A stretch of DNA of 32,000 bases from Wallemia ichthyophaga EXF-994 (lineage: Eukaryota; Fungi; Basidiomycota): NCBI RefSeq assembly GCF_000400465.1, contig NW_008806276.1, positions 450,001 to 482,000 of the forward strand, in the 5' to 3' direction. This document shows, one piece after another, positions 9,703 through 20,800 of the stretch. A program made the position numbers and the translations under genes. How positions within the stretch are numbered: the first letter of the stretch is position 1; each line of letters begins with the position of its first letter. The notes beneath the pieces are model-generated. The model had not been told where the DNA came from. It searched no databases and was given only the letters and a program-made list of their open reading frames with translations.

Positions 9703-10852
9703 ATGGACAACGATGACCAAATACACCGGGCAGCTGTAGCGACAGCGGCGACGACCCCAGCAACGGCAGCCGCACCACCACTTCCAATTATCCCGCCTTC
9801 TGCGAAGCTCATAGCTGCCAGTGTCGGGGCGATAGTGACTTCTCTTTCCAGTGCGTCGTTGTATCACCAGCTATCACTTTCTTACACCGCCCAGTGACGC
9901 CATTTGACGTGATAAAAGTCCGGCTCCAGACGCAGTCACAGTGGCATTCTCAGCGACGAACGCACTCAGCCCATCCGCCACAGAAGCTGCCACACCACGC
10001 ACACCCCATATCAGACCATATTACATCGAGCAACAAACGCCTTAACGGTAGTTTAGATGCCGTCATCAAGATAAGCAAGTTTGAAGGCCCCAGCGCACTC
10101 TGGAAGGGCTTAACGCCTACTCTGTGAGTTGTCTCACTTCAACAAACTTAAACTTAAACGTCCTAACACGACCTAGTCTTATGGCTATCCCATCCAATGC
10201 CGTCTACATGCTTGGATATGAGTCTCTTCACCGCACGCTCCTCGAGAGCGGTCTCAACACTGCTCTCTCCCCTCTCCTTGCTGGTGCCATTGCGCGCACT
10301 TTCTCCGCCACTGTCATCTCTCCCTTGGAGCTGCTGCGAACGCGTCTACAAGCCAGCTCGACGCAATCGCCCGCTCAGATAGTCCAAACCCTTCGTCAGT
10401 CCGTGCGTAAATCAGGTCTGCGTGTGCTATGGCGTGGTTTGGATTGGACGCTAGCTCGCGATGTGCCCTTCAGCTCCTTCTACTGGGCCGGTTTCGAGCT
10501 GATCAAGAGAAGCATGATACGGTATGAGGGTATAGAAGCACCGATTCGTACACCTTTTGTCGCAGGTGCGGCCAGTGGTATCTGCGCTGCTCTTGTCACT
10601 TCTCCTTTCGACGTACTCAAAACTCGCAGGCAGGCACTGGTCGATGCTTCTCATGAGGTTACTCTGCCGAGACAGCTGGCTAAGAAAAACCCTTCGATGG
10701 TCTCCCTCTTTTTTAATATCCTTCGCGTCGAAGGTCCAAAAGCTCTCTTCGCCGGTTTGAGCCCTCGCGTCGCTAAAATTGCCCCCGCTTGCGGTATACA
10801 GATTGCAACTTATTCGCAGGTCTCAAAATATTGGTCTAATAGATATCCATAA
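9703..10852 (+). CDS. MTM1: Mitochondrial carrier, MTM1/SLC25A39-40-like, 3 exons
   Basis: Three carrier signatures (TPFDVIKVRLQ, SPLELLRTRLQ, SPFDVLKTRRQ) plus MAIPSNAVYMLGYE and RDVPFSSFYW. Subfamily assignment is from remembered motifs. Confidence 0.8.
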
Positions 10853-11124
10853 AAAGGAGCATCGGTAAATTTATTTCTGTTTCTGTTCCATAGAAGTATC
10901 TTAATTTATGAGTGTATTTTACGAGTGTGTAATGAGTAGACTGCTGAGTGTTGAGTGGTATGTGAGACACACAGACAAACGTAACATGCTACAAAAAACA
11001 CGCAACAAAGATTGCAATAAAATGATAAACTATCTGTTGAGAGACTTCTTTTACATACATGACATATTCAGCAAATCAAACATATCCTTCATAATTTCAC
11101 AATTTCACGACTTGACAACTTGGT

Positions 11125-12997
11125 TTAGTGATGGAAAAGGCGCAATGGGAGGGCAGAGTAGACAATACCATACTCATTAGCAGCTTTGATGACCTCTTCA
11201 TCCATGACGCTACCAATAGAAGCAGCGACGTATTTGACGCCTGATCTGTGAGCTCTGTGGACGTTATCAGGGAAGGGGAAGAAGGCATCTGAGCAGCAAG
11301 CGACGCCTAGCTGAGCAAACTCTTTTGCATGACTCTTAACTTCCTCTTCAGACAAAGGAGCAGGGACTTCTTCGAACATGCTCTCCCATTGTGCACGCTC
11401 CGAGCCTGTCGCCTTCCACGCTTCACCGGTGACGAAGAGATCGATAGCGTTCGCCTTCTCTGCACGCTTGACGCTCTTCTTCCATGGCAGAGCGAGTACG
11501 CGAGGATGGTGACGCAACCACCAATTGTCAGCCTTATCGCCGGCAAGACGAGTACAGTGGATGCGTGATTGCTGACCAGCACCTAGACCGACGACAGCAC
11601 CGTTCACAGCATAGCCGACTGAGTTGGATTGGGTGTACTTGACAGCTATAGTCGCTACTGTGAGATCAATCAGTGCTTGCTTCGAAAGCGCCTTCTCATT
11701 CGAGACGACATTGGCGAACGTCTCATTGGTGATCTTAGCGTCGTTTCTGCGTTGCTCAAGTGTAATGCCGTACACAGAACGTGTCTCAATGTCTGAGGGG
11801 GTAAACGCAGGGTCGATCTGCATCCACGTTAGTAACGTTCTACAGCTCAATACACAACACACCTGCAGCATGCAGTATTTTCCGCCCTTCTTCTTCTGCA
11901 GAATCTCAAGCGCTTCTTGAGAGTACGCAGGCGCAATGACACCGTCTGACACCTCTCTGTTGATGATACGGGCGGTTGCGTAGTCGACTTCGTGGGATAA
12001 TGCTATAAAGTCACCGAAGGATGACATCCTGTCTGCTCCTCTGGCTCTAGCGTATGCAGTTGCAAGTGGGGACATTTGCTTAAGATCGTCGACCATGAAT
12101 ACCTTCTTCTCGACATCGTTGAGTGGCACACCGACAGCAGCACCTGCTGGTGAGACGTGCTTGAATGATGCGGCTGCTGGGAGGGAAAGGGCTTCAGCTA
12201 ACTCCTTAACGAGACCCCAAGAATTGAGGCCATCAAGGAGGTTGATGTAGCCTGGAGAACCGCTGAGAACTTTGATAGGCATCTCACCTTGAGTGACGTA
12301 AGCCTGTGCTGGCTTCTGGTGTGGGTTGGCACCATATCTCAAAGGGAAGCGCTGGACAAGATCGTTGGAGGTGTCCAAAGAGGCGTACTGCTGACGGAAG
12401 TAGTTGCTGATAGCGTTGTCGTAGTCTGCTGTGTGAGAGAAGGCCTGTGAGTGTTAGTGAAGCGAAAACGTAATAAGAATGACTCACTTTCAGAGCCCAC
12501 TTGTTGCGCAAAGACTGGTCTACGCCATTCTTATAAGACTCAACAAAGCTCTTGTAATCGGTTGGATCAGACAGAATGGAGACTCTTTCGTGATTCTTGG
12601 CAGCTGCACGCAACAGAGTCACACCACCAATATCGATCTCCTCTACAGCGTTAGGGAGAGAAACGTCTGGCTTTGCGACGGTCTCTTTGAATGGGTAGAG
12701 GTTACAGACGACCAAGTCGATCTTGGTGTAGGCCTGCTTCTCGAGGTCGGCATTGTCGGAGGCGGAATTGGTTGCGAGAATACCACCGTGCACAGCGGGA
12801 TGCAAAGTTTTAACTCTACCGCCCAACATTTCCGGAGCATTTGTGATGTCTTGTACGTCAGATATCGGGATTCCGGCATCACGAATTTTCTTGGAAGTAC
12901 CACCGGAGCCGAGGAGATTGAAACCCAAGGCTTGTAGATCAGAAGCCAATTCAAGGAGATTAGATTTATCGTAAACGCTGAGAATGGCGGAAGGCAT
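11125..12997 (-). CDS. ADE16: Bifunctional AICAR transformylase / IMP cyclohydrolase (PurH/ATIC), 3 exons
   Basis: [55 protein letters not shown] and SDAFFPF. ADE16 and ADE17 cannot be distinguished. Confidence 0.96.
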
Positions 12998-13027
12998 GGT
13001 GATGGTGGGTGATGTAAATGATGTACG

Positions 13028-13597
13028 TCAAACGATTAATTTATGCTTAAACTTTTTATTTAAACGATCGACGTTTCTGAACTTGAAGTTGTTGGCGTGT
13101 AGATGAAGCGTGAACATATCGCTCTGTATCGCAAACACACAGCCATTCTTGGGGATAGACTTATGTGTCGAATCTGGGGTTATTATAGCAAATGAGTTCT
13201 CTGTCTCGAGAATACAAATTCCTTCTTTGCCGACTAAGCTTGCGTTGTTTGAGCTGTGAACGATTAGCCGGCATCCACACAGATCAGCTTTGAGCATTTT
13301 ACTCTGAATTGAGTTTATATCACCCGCAATGATATCTTTTATGTACTCATTCCACAGCTTATTCATCTTTACAGCGGTTTCATATGACATTGCACATTTC
13401 TTTACTGAGTACTGAAGTTGCTGCCTCCGACGCTTTGATTTCGTTGGTTTCGCTGGTTTCGCTGCTGGCTTTGAAGCTTTCAATGGGTTATCAAGCATCA
13501 CTGTACTATCCTCCAACTTGCTGCTATAAACCTTTGAAGCTTTCTCCTCGTTGTCCTCATTTAGCCTCGACCTCAATAGCTTCTCAGCGAATGACAT
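13028..13597 (-). CDS. POP4: RNase P/MRP subunit Pop4/Rpp29
   Basis: MNKLWNEYI...KMLKADLCGC...GKEGICILETENSF...IPKNGCVF...FKFRNVDRLNKKFK, typical of UPF0086/Rpp29. Confidence 0.88.
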   Translation of the reverse strand: MSFAEKLLRSRLNEDNEEKASKVYSSKLEDSTVMLDNPLKASKPAAKPAKPTKSKRRRQQLQYSVKKCAMSYETAVKMNKLWNEYIKDIIAGDINSIQSKMLKADLCGCRLIVHSSNNASLVGKEGICILETENSFAIITPDSTHKSIPKNGCVFAIQSDMFTLHLHANNFKFRNVDRLNKKFKHKLIV

Positions 13598-13799
13598 TGT
13601 GATGGTTAAGGTTAGAGTTCTAACTGCAGCTGGTGAAAGGAGCTGCTGATTTTAAACTGTAACGGCTACAACGACTCCCCCTCCCCTTTATCCTCCTCGC
13701 CGCCTTCAATTGTACCTCCCGTCAAGCATGTCGTAACTGAGTGCCTTGTTCTAAAGAAGTTCTCGCTTGCATTCATTCTATATCCCCTTTTACTCTCAA

Positions 13800-14388
13800 A
13801 TGGACAAAAACTTCCGCTGCGACTATCCCAACTGCCATTCCACCTTTACTAGACCCGAGAACATGATGAGACACAAACGGAACATCCGTATGTTGACTTG
13901 ATTTCACCGCAACTTTCCTCACCTCTTCACCCAGATCGCCAAAACTCTAATCCACACATCTGCAAGTGCGGTAAGGCGTACAGCCGTTCGTGCGTCACTT
14001 GTTCACTCGAGGACCGTTCCAGCTCTAACTGTATCCCAGCGACATCCTTCTGCGTCACCAGAGAGTATGCGCTGTGAATCTGAGTGTTGACGGGAGTTTG
14101 CCCCCGAAACATGCTCTTCCGCCACAGCCGGTTCATCCTCAGGGATATTACAGCTACTATCCGACGCCGGTACCTGTCGTAACCGCAGGTCCTTCTGCAT
14201 TCTCAAATCCGCTCACTCCGTCTGCTCTGTCTGCATCAAACGAACAGCACCACGAGCAGCACCGGGAGTACTACCAGCTTCACCAGCCTAACTACAGCTA
14301 TCAATACCCACCGCAAAATCAATCTTCCGACGGTGCTTACTTAAGCACGCAGAACGCGCCACAACATCCATACCAATATTATTATTAG
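13800..14388 (+). CDS. C2H2 zinc-finger transcription factor (two fingers, P/Q/Y-rich tail), 3 exons
   Basis: Spliced: MDKNFRCDYPNCHSTFTRPENMMRHKRNIH-RQNSNPHICKCGKAYSRSDILLRHQRVC, continuing into ORF 14074-14388. Introns begin GTATGT and GTGCGT. Confidence 0.85.
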
Positions 14389-14551
14389 TGCTATTGTTAC
14401 TGTTATTGCTATTGTTATTACTAGTCAATTCCGCTTGTGTATTTTATAGGTCAACACGTTCCTGTGAGTGGGTCTGAGTGCATCTGAGTGCATCTATCGG
14501 AGCAAGAAATGTAGACTTAGAGACTCCGTACGAAATTTGCATGTTCTACTT

Positions 14552-14699
14552 TCAGCTTTGTCTGGTGGCGGCTTTCGCTCGATTTTACCATTCCAGGTAT
14601 ATGCGCACTACCCAGTTAACCAACGGAGTATGGCTGCTTTATCCCCCTTCTGGCTATTCAACCATTTAACGGCTTCTCTTCCTTACTGTTAATCATCAC
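14552..14699 (-). ncRNA. Candidate box C/D snoRNA
   Basis: C box GTGATGA (14699-14693) and D box CTGA (14555-14552). The 10 nt near D (ACCAGACAAA) are complementary to an 18S segment recalled as GAUUUGUCUGGUUAAU. No terminal stem seen. Confidence 0.25.
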
Positions 14700-15009
14700 A
14701 TTCTTTCGGTCAAGATTAACACCCTCAAATTGTAATCGTAATCGTAACCGATCGATGTGCCTGAGTACGGCACTTGAGATCGCTTCGACTGGCGCGCATG
14801 TGTGATGAGTGTATCTGCATATTGTATTTCGATGTATTCATCACCCTTCGCAACTCAGATCGATCTTCCCTCCCCGCACACATTTGATTCCGTCTGTAGT
14901 AAGATAACAATAAATTCTTTAACTTATCACAAATGTGAATTCAGATAAATAGCAACTTATGTGATTTTTGTAGGAGCCGCCCAGTCCAAAAATAAAAGGA
15001 TGAAAGTGC

Positions 15010-15013
15010 AAAA
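15010..15013 (-). terminator. Putative RNA polymerase III terminator (T4) of tRNA-Ser
   Basis: TTTT begins 6 nt after the tRNA discriminator on the minus strand. Confidence 0.55.
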
Positions 15014-15018
15014 GTATT

Positions 15019-15131
15019 CGTCAGCTGTAGGATTCGAACCTACGCACTACAAGAGTACTTGATAGTATGCTTTGGAAGAACTTCACTTATGAAATTCTAA
15101 TCAAGCGCCTTAACCACTCGGCCAAACTGAC
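15019..15131 (-). tRNA. tRNA-Ser(AGA) with 31-nt intron (15064-15094)
   Basis: Acceptor GTCAGTT/AGCTGAC, D arm TGGCCGAGTGGTTAAGGCG, anticodon stem CTTGA/TCAAG with TT-AGA-A loop and an intron after position 37, long variable arm, T arm GTAGG-TTCGAAT-CCTAC, G discriminator. Mature length 82 nt. Confidence 0.93.
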
Positions 15132-16202
15132 ATGTCATCTCTTTCTCTTTGCCACTATATATTCTTGTCGTTTTGAATAACAAGAAAATCAATCAGTTGA
15201 GGCCTGTTTGTATCTATATTCAGCGTTTTCATGTTGTCGTAATCCTATCAATAATACTTGGAAGCGCACCTCGACTGTTCGTTAGGAGGCTGTCTAAGCT
15301 ACTTTTTTGGGCGCTTTTGTGGGTTTTCATTATCTACTGTTTGCCGCGGTGATTGAGCTGCAATTCTGATTGCCATGATTTACTCTTTTGGAGGTTGGTC
15401 GAGAGAGGGAATGACGTGAGGTGACGGATAAGCGCTTCAAGGGATGACACAAAGATTAAAGTAACAACTAATTAGACGTTAATGATTGTCTCAAATACCT
15501 TCTAAGCCACTCTCTGTACGCATCATTACATCACCAAAGTTCAGATCTTTGTAGTGCACATTTCACCACTAAGCCATTAATATCAAGCTGAGAATATGTA
15601 AGGGTACTTAAATGATCTTGTCACTCACAAAACTAATCTAGTGTAATTTTCGAATGCATTTTATGAATCTGCCGTCTTTGTACTGCCCCTTACAACCAGA
15701 AGGAAGGTCGATTAGAACTTCAATCTAGGAATAAATACTTTTTCAAAAAATGATCTCTAGGATTACACAATGTTAGTCAGCCAGGAGTTATCTACCTAAT
15801 CCACTCCTACAAGATAACACAACCTTATTATGAATAGAGCACTCAATACAACTACAAAAATCAAGATTCCGGTACACTCAAGAATGGCACAGCTCATCTC
15901 CATCCTCACACTGGCATTGAGGCGTGAAACGGTTCTATGATATGCATTGACATGTTGTGGCATGTGTGAGAATACATAGTAAGATACGAAGCAAACCATC
16001 GCCTGACTGGTCCCTACGATCAGCAGGCTAGATCCGAAGACATAACTAAAACGGCTAGTGAAAAACTTCAACCGCAACCAAATTAATCAAAGACGAACGG
16101 AAGGTCAGATTAACGTGACTCTAACATTAATAAAGACCGTTAATAACTCTAATAACTGAAAAGGAAAGTAAATGCGTCACCTGCCTACCGCTTTTGGTAG
16201 TT

Positions 16203-16208
16203 ACGCGT
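16203..16208. promoter_or_regulatory. MCB-like element upstream of the PCL cyclin
   Basis: ACGCGT about 250 bp upstream of the ATG. PCL1-type cyclins are G1/S genes in yeasts. Confidence 0.3.
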
Positions 16209-16456
16209 TTGATTTTAGCGCGATTTTCCAAATCGAATAATTTTGCGTATTTAATACAGATCTCTCTGAGTAGCGTTCATCAGACCTATCAAACGGAAAG
16301 CTTGAACAAACTAGACGCCGGCCGTCCCACTTATAAGCTTTTCAAAACAAAGAATAAAAGTTCAGCTCTGGTTAGCTAGAAAGAAACTCTGGTAGTTACA
16401 AAACACATACTTCATTATACACACAAGTACTCTCTTTATCACAGCAAATACATACA

Positions 16457-17731
16457 ATGCCAGCACTCAGAAATGCAACATCAACACCGTCATTCGGAGC
16501 TACTCAGCGCAGACATCCTGCCTCATTGATGCCAGTTTCAAGTCATGCGCCGGCGCTAGTGGATCTCATGCGCTCTCCGATTTCTGAACGTATGGTTGAA
16601 GCACTCGCTCAAAAAGTCTCAGAAATCATTCCAGTAAGACCAGAAAGCAACGGCAACAACAGCCCAGAATACTCACACAACAGCGGTTATCCAAGTCCAC
16701 CACCTAGTCCAGTCAAGCCGCGCTTGGCAAAGGTGGGACATGTTGCTGCCGAAATGTCCAGAGGTCCGCCACCACTCAAGCAATTTATCAAGACGGTTCT
16801 CATCGAGTCTGGCTGTCAAGTGGCTACAGTACTGTGTACTTTGGTGCTCTTAGATAGGTTGGGATCGAAGCTACCACCAGCTGCCAAAGGTATGTTTACT
16901 TTAAGCACCGATTAACTGGAATATTCTGACAATTCCTGTGTAGGCATGCCATGTACTCGTCACAGAGTCTTTTTCGCAGCTATGATCATAACCGCAAAGT
17001 CACTTAATGACTGTTGTCCTAAGAATCGTCACTGGAGAAAATATGCTTGGTCGTCTGTTAGATTTGCATTGGAGGAAATTCATTTGATGGAGATCCAGCT
17101 ACTCGACCTTCTTGAATTCAATATCGGGTTTAGCGAAGCCGAGTTGATAAGACATTCTAAACAATTCATGAGAATGCCACTGTCTAATCCAAATAAATCG
17201 CCACCGCAATTCAAGCCAATACCTTCAGCCAAGGCTCCATCTCCACTGAAACCAGCACTGAAGACTGCCAAGTCTATGCCAGCAGTTCGTCAAGCGCAAA
17301 CGCAACCACCCATGGTGTCTAGAAATACGGGAATGCCTGGAGCATTCTCACCTAGTGCTTTGGACAATGCGTTGAAGTCTCAGCTCCCTTCAGATTTGGT
17401 TAGTAAGAGGGCGTCTAAAGACATGTCGGTGTCTTCTTCATCCGATGGTGGTAGCAGTCTGCCTGCAACGCCATCAGATGTTGCAAGCGTCAGCAAGCCT
17501 ACACTGGCACTTGCTATGGCTTTGGAAAATCGGAAGGGTAGCGGAGGTGCTGCAAAAGACGAAGATGTGGACGAAAGTCTCACTATGCTTCCAGCCCATC
17601 TCACAGCTCCAGCTAAATCAATGCACGCTCCAGGTATTGCTGGTTTGATCTCGCGTATAATGAAGCATCCTGGTGGTCACGCACAGCACCAACCAAACAG
17701 ACGGAATCAAGATACTGCTCCGTTAGTCTAA
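16457..17731 (+). CDS. Pho85-type (PCL1/2-like) cyclin, 2 exons
   Basis: TVLCTLVLLDRL...LPPAAKGMPCTRHRVFFAAMIITAKSLND..PKNRHW...EIHLMEIQLLDLLEF cyclin box. A GTATGT...TAG intron joins the two ORFs. Confidence 0.88.
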
Positions 17732-17874
17732 ATTATTTAAATTATTTTTGTAAACTATCAACTGTTAATGCACATTCTTTGTTTTGATGGAAAAAGATTA
17801 AATTCATTATTTTATACACACAAGATATGTTCTCATTTTTTGTACTAAGTATCGACTTTTATTGCTGTTTAATT

Positions 17875-20800
17875 CTACGAAGGCTGATAGTCCTCTTTTG
17901 GCGATTCTTCCTGTGATTGTGGTTGTTGTGGAGGTGTAGATTGTGGCTGTGGTGAAGATGTAGGTTGAGTTTGCTGCAGTTGTGGTTGTGTTTGTGACTG
18001 TGTTGGTGCTGATGCTTCCACTGGTTGAGGAGCAGGGATTTGAGCTGGTTGATCTCCTGCGGCTGTTTGAGATTCTTCACTTGGCTCAATTTCCAAAGAT
18101 GGTTGATCTTGCACAGGTGTTGGAGATTGTACACCTGTTACAGCCTCGCGCGACTCAGGCTTAATGTCTGCTGATGGATTTGATTGCGGTTGTTGAAGAG
18201 GTTGAGCGAGAAGAGCTGGGACATTTTCAGCACTGGGCGTTGGTAATGTTGGTACTTGGCTTGGCTCTAATTTGATTTCCGCCTTCTGCTCATTAAGGTG
18301 ATGCACGTGCTGCTGTTGAGCCTGATTGATAGCCTTGGCTTCCTCATGCACGGGCGTAGACGCATCATTCTGCAGCTGAATTTGAGCATTCTTTGGCAAT
18401 CCACTAGCCAGCGCCTTGGCCTGCACACCCTCTGGTAGCTGGTTATTTACTTCAAGCTGTTTGATAAACTCAGATTGTGATGCTGCTGGATCGGCTCCTT
18501 CTTCAGGCTGACCTCCCTGATCTAATCTGTTACGGATAGATTGGAGTAGAGAAGATTTGACCACTTTCTCAGTAGATTCAGCGTTACCCTCTTCTTCAGC
18601 TCCGACGCCGTATTCTCCTTCACCGCCTCCGACTGCCTTGTCAAGCTTCAGCTTTGTCTCTGCGAGTCGCAACATATCCTCTTCGATTGTACCCTTGGAT
18701 ACAAATTTGTGTATTGTAACATCTTTCGTCTGACCAATACGGAATGCTCTGTCTCCCGCTTGACGATCTGCATGTGGATTCCAATCTGAATCAAAGATTA
18801 CTACGACGTTTGCAGCCGTCAAGTTAATACCCAGACCACCAGCTTTTGTAGACAGAAGGAAGACCTGAATATCGGTGTTTTCGAAAAATTCATCAACGAG
18901 GATCTGTCTCTCTTCGACTTGCGTCTGGCCTGTAAACATGAGGTATCTGATAGTGTGCTGATCGAGGACTTTCTTGAGAATTTCTAACATCATCGTAAAT
19001 TGAGAGAAAACCAAGACTCTGTCACCACGTTCCCTAGATTCTTTTAGTATCTTCATCAGCGCTGTGATCTTTCCTGAATCCATGTATACGCTTTCTGGTA
19101 AAGTATACTTGTTAACGGTCTAAGTTGGGTTAGCTAAACGAATTATTTACGCAACTTTACTACAGACCTGGAAATTTTTGGAGAAGTTTTGCAATTCAGA
19201 ATCAGTCATGATCTCCATATCTTCAACGACGAGCTCATAAACGCTCTCCTTGAAGTCAGGCTCTTTCAAACAATCTTTTGCCATTTCTCGAACTATTGAG
19301 GTGTTGAAATGACGTCTGAACAATAGTGGGTGATTTGCAGCTTTTCTCAAATCCATGAGAACATGATTGGAAGACTCTGAAGGATCTTTGCCCTTTGATG
19401 AACCTGCCTTACCTCTCTTTCTTCCTCGTGTTGACTCTGTGCCAGACTCTGAAGGAGTTGAAGCTTCAGTCTTGTCTGTCTCCACAATAGCCTTGCGTGA
19501 TCTAGACATGGTCTCTGTGTAAATATTCCTTTGGCTATCTGTCAAATCGCAGTATGTTATCAATTCCCTTTTACTTGGTAAATCTGTCAACACTTGTGCT
19601 TTCTTTCTGCGCAATACGAATGGCTGCATCATTTTCTCTGTGGATTGATTAGTTGCGAGAGTTGGAATACATCAATACCTACTAGCTCTTGAAACACGCT
19701 CTCTTGAAAGCATGGAAGCGTGAACGCCGGGCTTGACCTTGAACACAACACGCAGCGCTTCTTCAGTGTCTTGGAAATACTCAGGCAAGATAAAGTTAAG
19801 CAACGAAACAAGTTCTTGAAGGTTGTTCTGAAGCGGTGTACCAGTAAGCAGTAATCTCCAAGGCACCTTCAATTCAGCCAAGTACTTGTATGACTTTGTT
19901 TCACGATTTTTCAACATGTGTCCTTCATCGAAAACAGCAGTGCGGAACTTCATCTTGCGTAAGAACTTTCTATCTTGGGGAGAACCTTGAGCAAGATTGT
20001 AAGTGGTGATAAGTACATCCATGTCGTTTCTTGAAGGTAATAAGTCATCCCTGAGTATAGATCTTTCATGTTGATCGCCATAATAAGACTTGACAACCAA
20101 TGATGGAGCAAATCGTGAAAACTCTCTCAGCCAATTTTCAAGTGTAGATGAAGGTACAACGATGAGGTTTGGACCAGGTTGCTGAGTGTTTTTGAGGGCG
20201 GCAATGAAAACAATTACTTGGAGTGTCTTACCAAGCCCCATCTCGTCTGCCAAAATACCGGAAACCTTCTGCTTATGTAAATGTTCTAACCATCTTACAC
20301 CTTCAAATTGATAGCTCTTCAATTTTATTGAGCTTTCGATGAGTGCAGGTGGGGTCTCGTCGTTCTTCTCCATCTGAGAGAAGATGGAAGATATTCTACC
20401 ACCAACTTGTTCACACTTGTCGAGAACCTGGTCAACCTGCTTGTAGGAAGCTATCAAATCCAAGTAAAAGTCAAAGATGGTGGTAGAGACACCTTTTGTA
20501 GCTTTAAGTTTTGCTCTTAAAGTGTTTGCATTTTGGAAAGGCCTCATGGACATGATAGCTTCCAACGCCCTTTCAGAGAGGGCTAATATTTCTTGTATCT
20601 CTTTAGGTTCTGCTTTGTTGAACCACTTGACGGCCTCAGACTCGTCGTAAACAGAGACGGTAGATTCTCTGACACCATTATCGTCGTCTGAATCGCTGTC
20701 ACCACCGAAATCACCTTCATCGTCTGAGCTATTGTACTGCTTTTTCGATTGTCTCTTGACGGAAGTCATATTATTCTCTCTAATCTTAGACTGAGTTGGA

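Noticed and set aside
14380-14435. TATTGT/TGCTAT-like repeats after the zinc-finger stop
   Set aside because: Ordinary low-complexity 3'UTR sequence.
14757-14800. CTGAG-TACGGC-ACTTGA resembles part of fungal TPP riboswitch aptamers
   Set aside because: The P5 hairpin and the GAUAA.../GCGNAAGG elements are missing, and there is no thiamine gene nearby.
14547-14844. U3-like pieces (TACTTTCAG on +; two GTGATGA boxes on -)
   Set aside because: No GGATCA continuation, no B box, and the pieces are on inconsistent strands and spacings.
15096-15100. Reading the tRNA as Leu(TAG)
   Set aside because: Stem register puts AGA at 34-36, and the G discriminator fits Ser.
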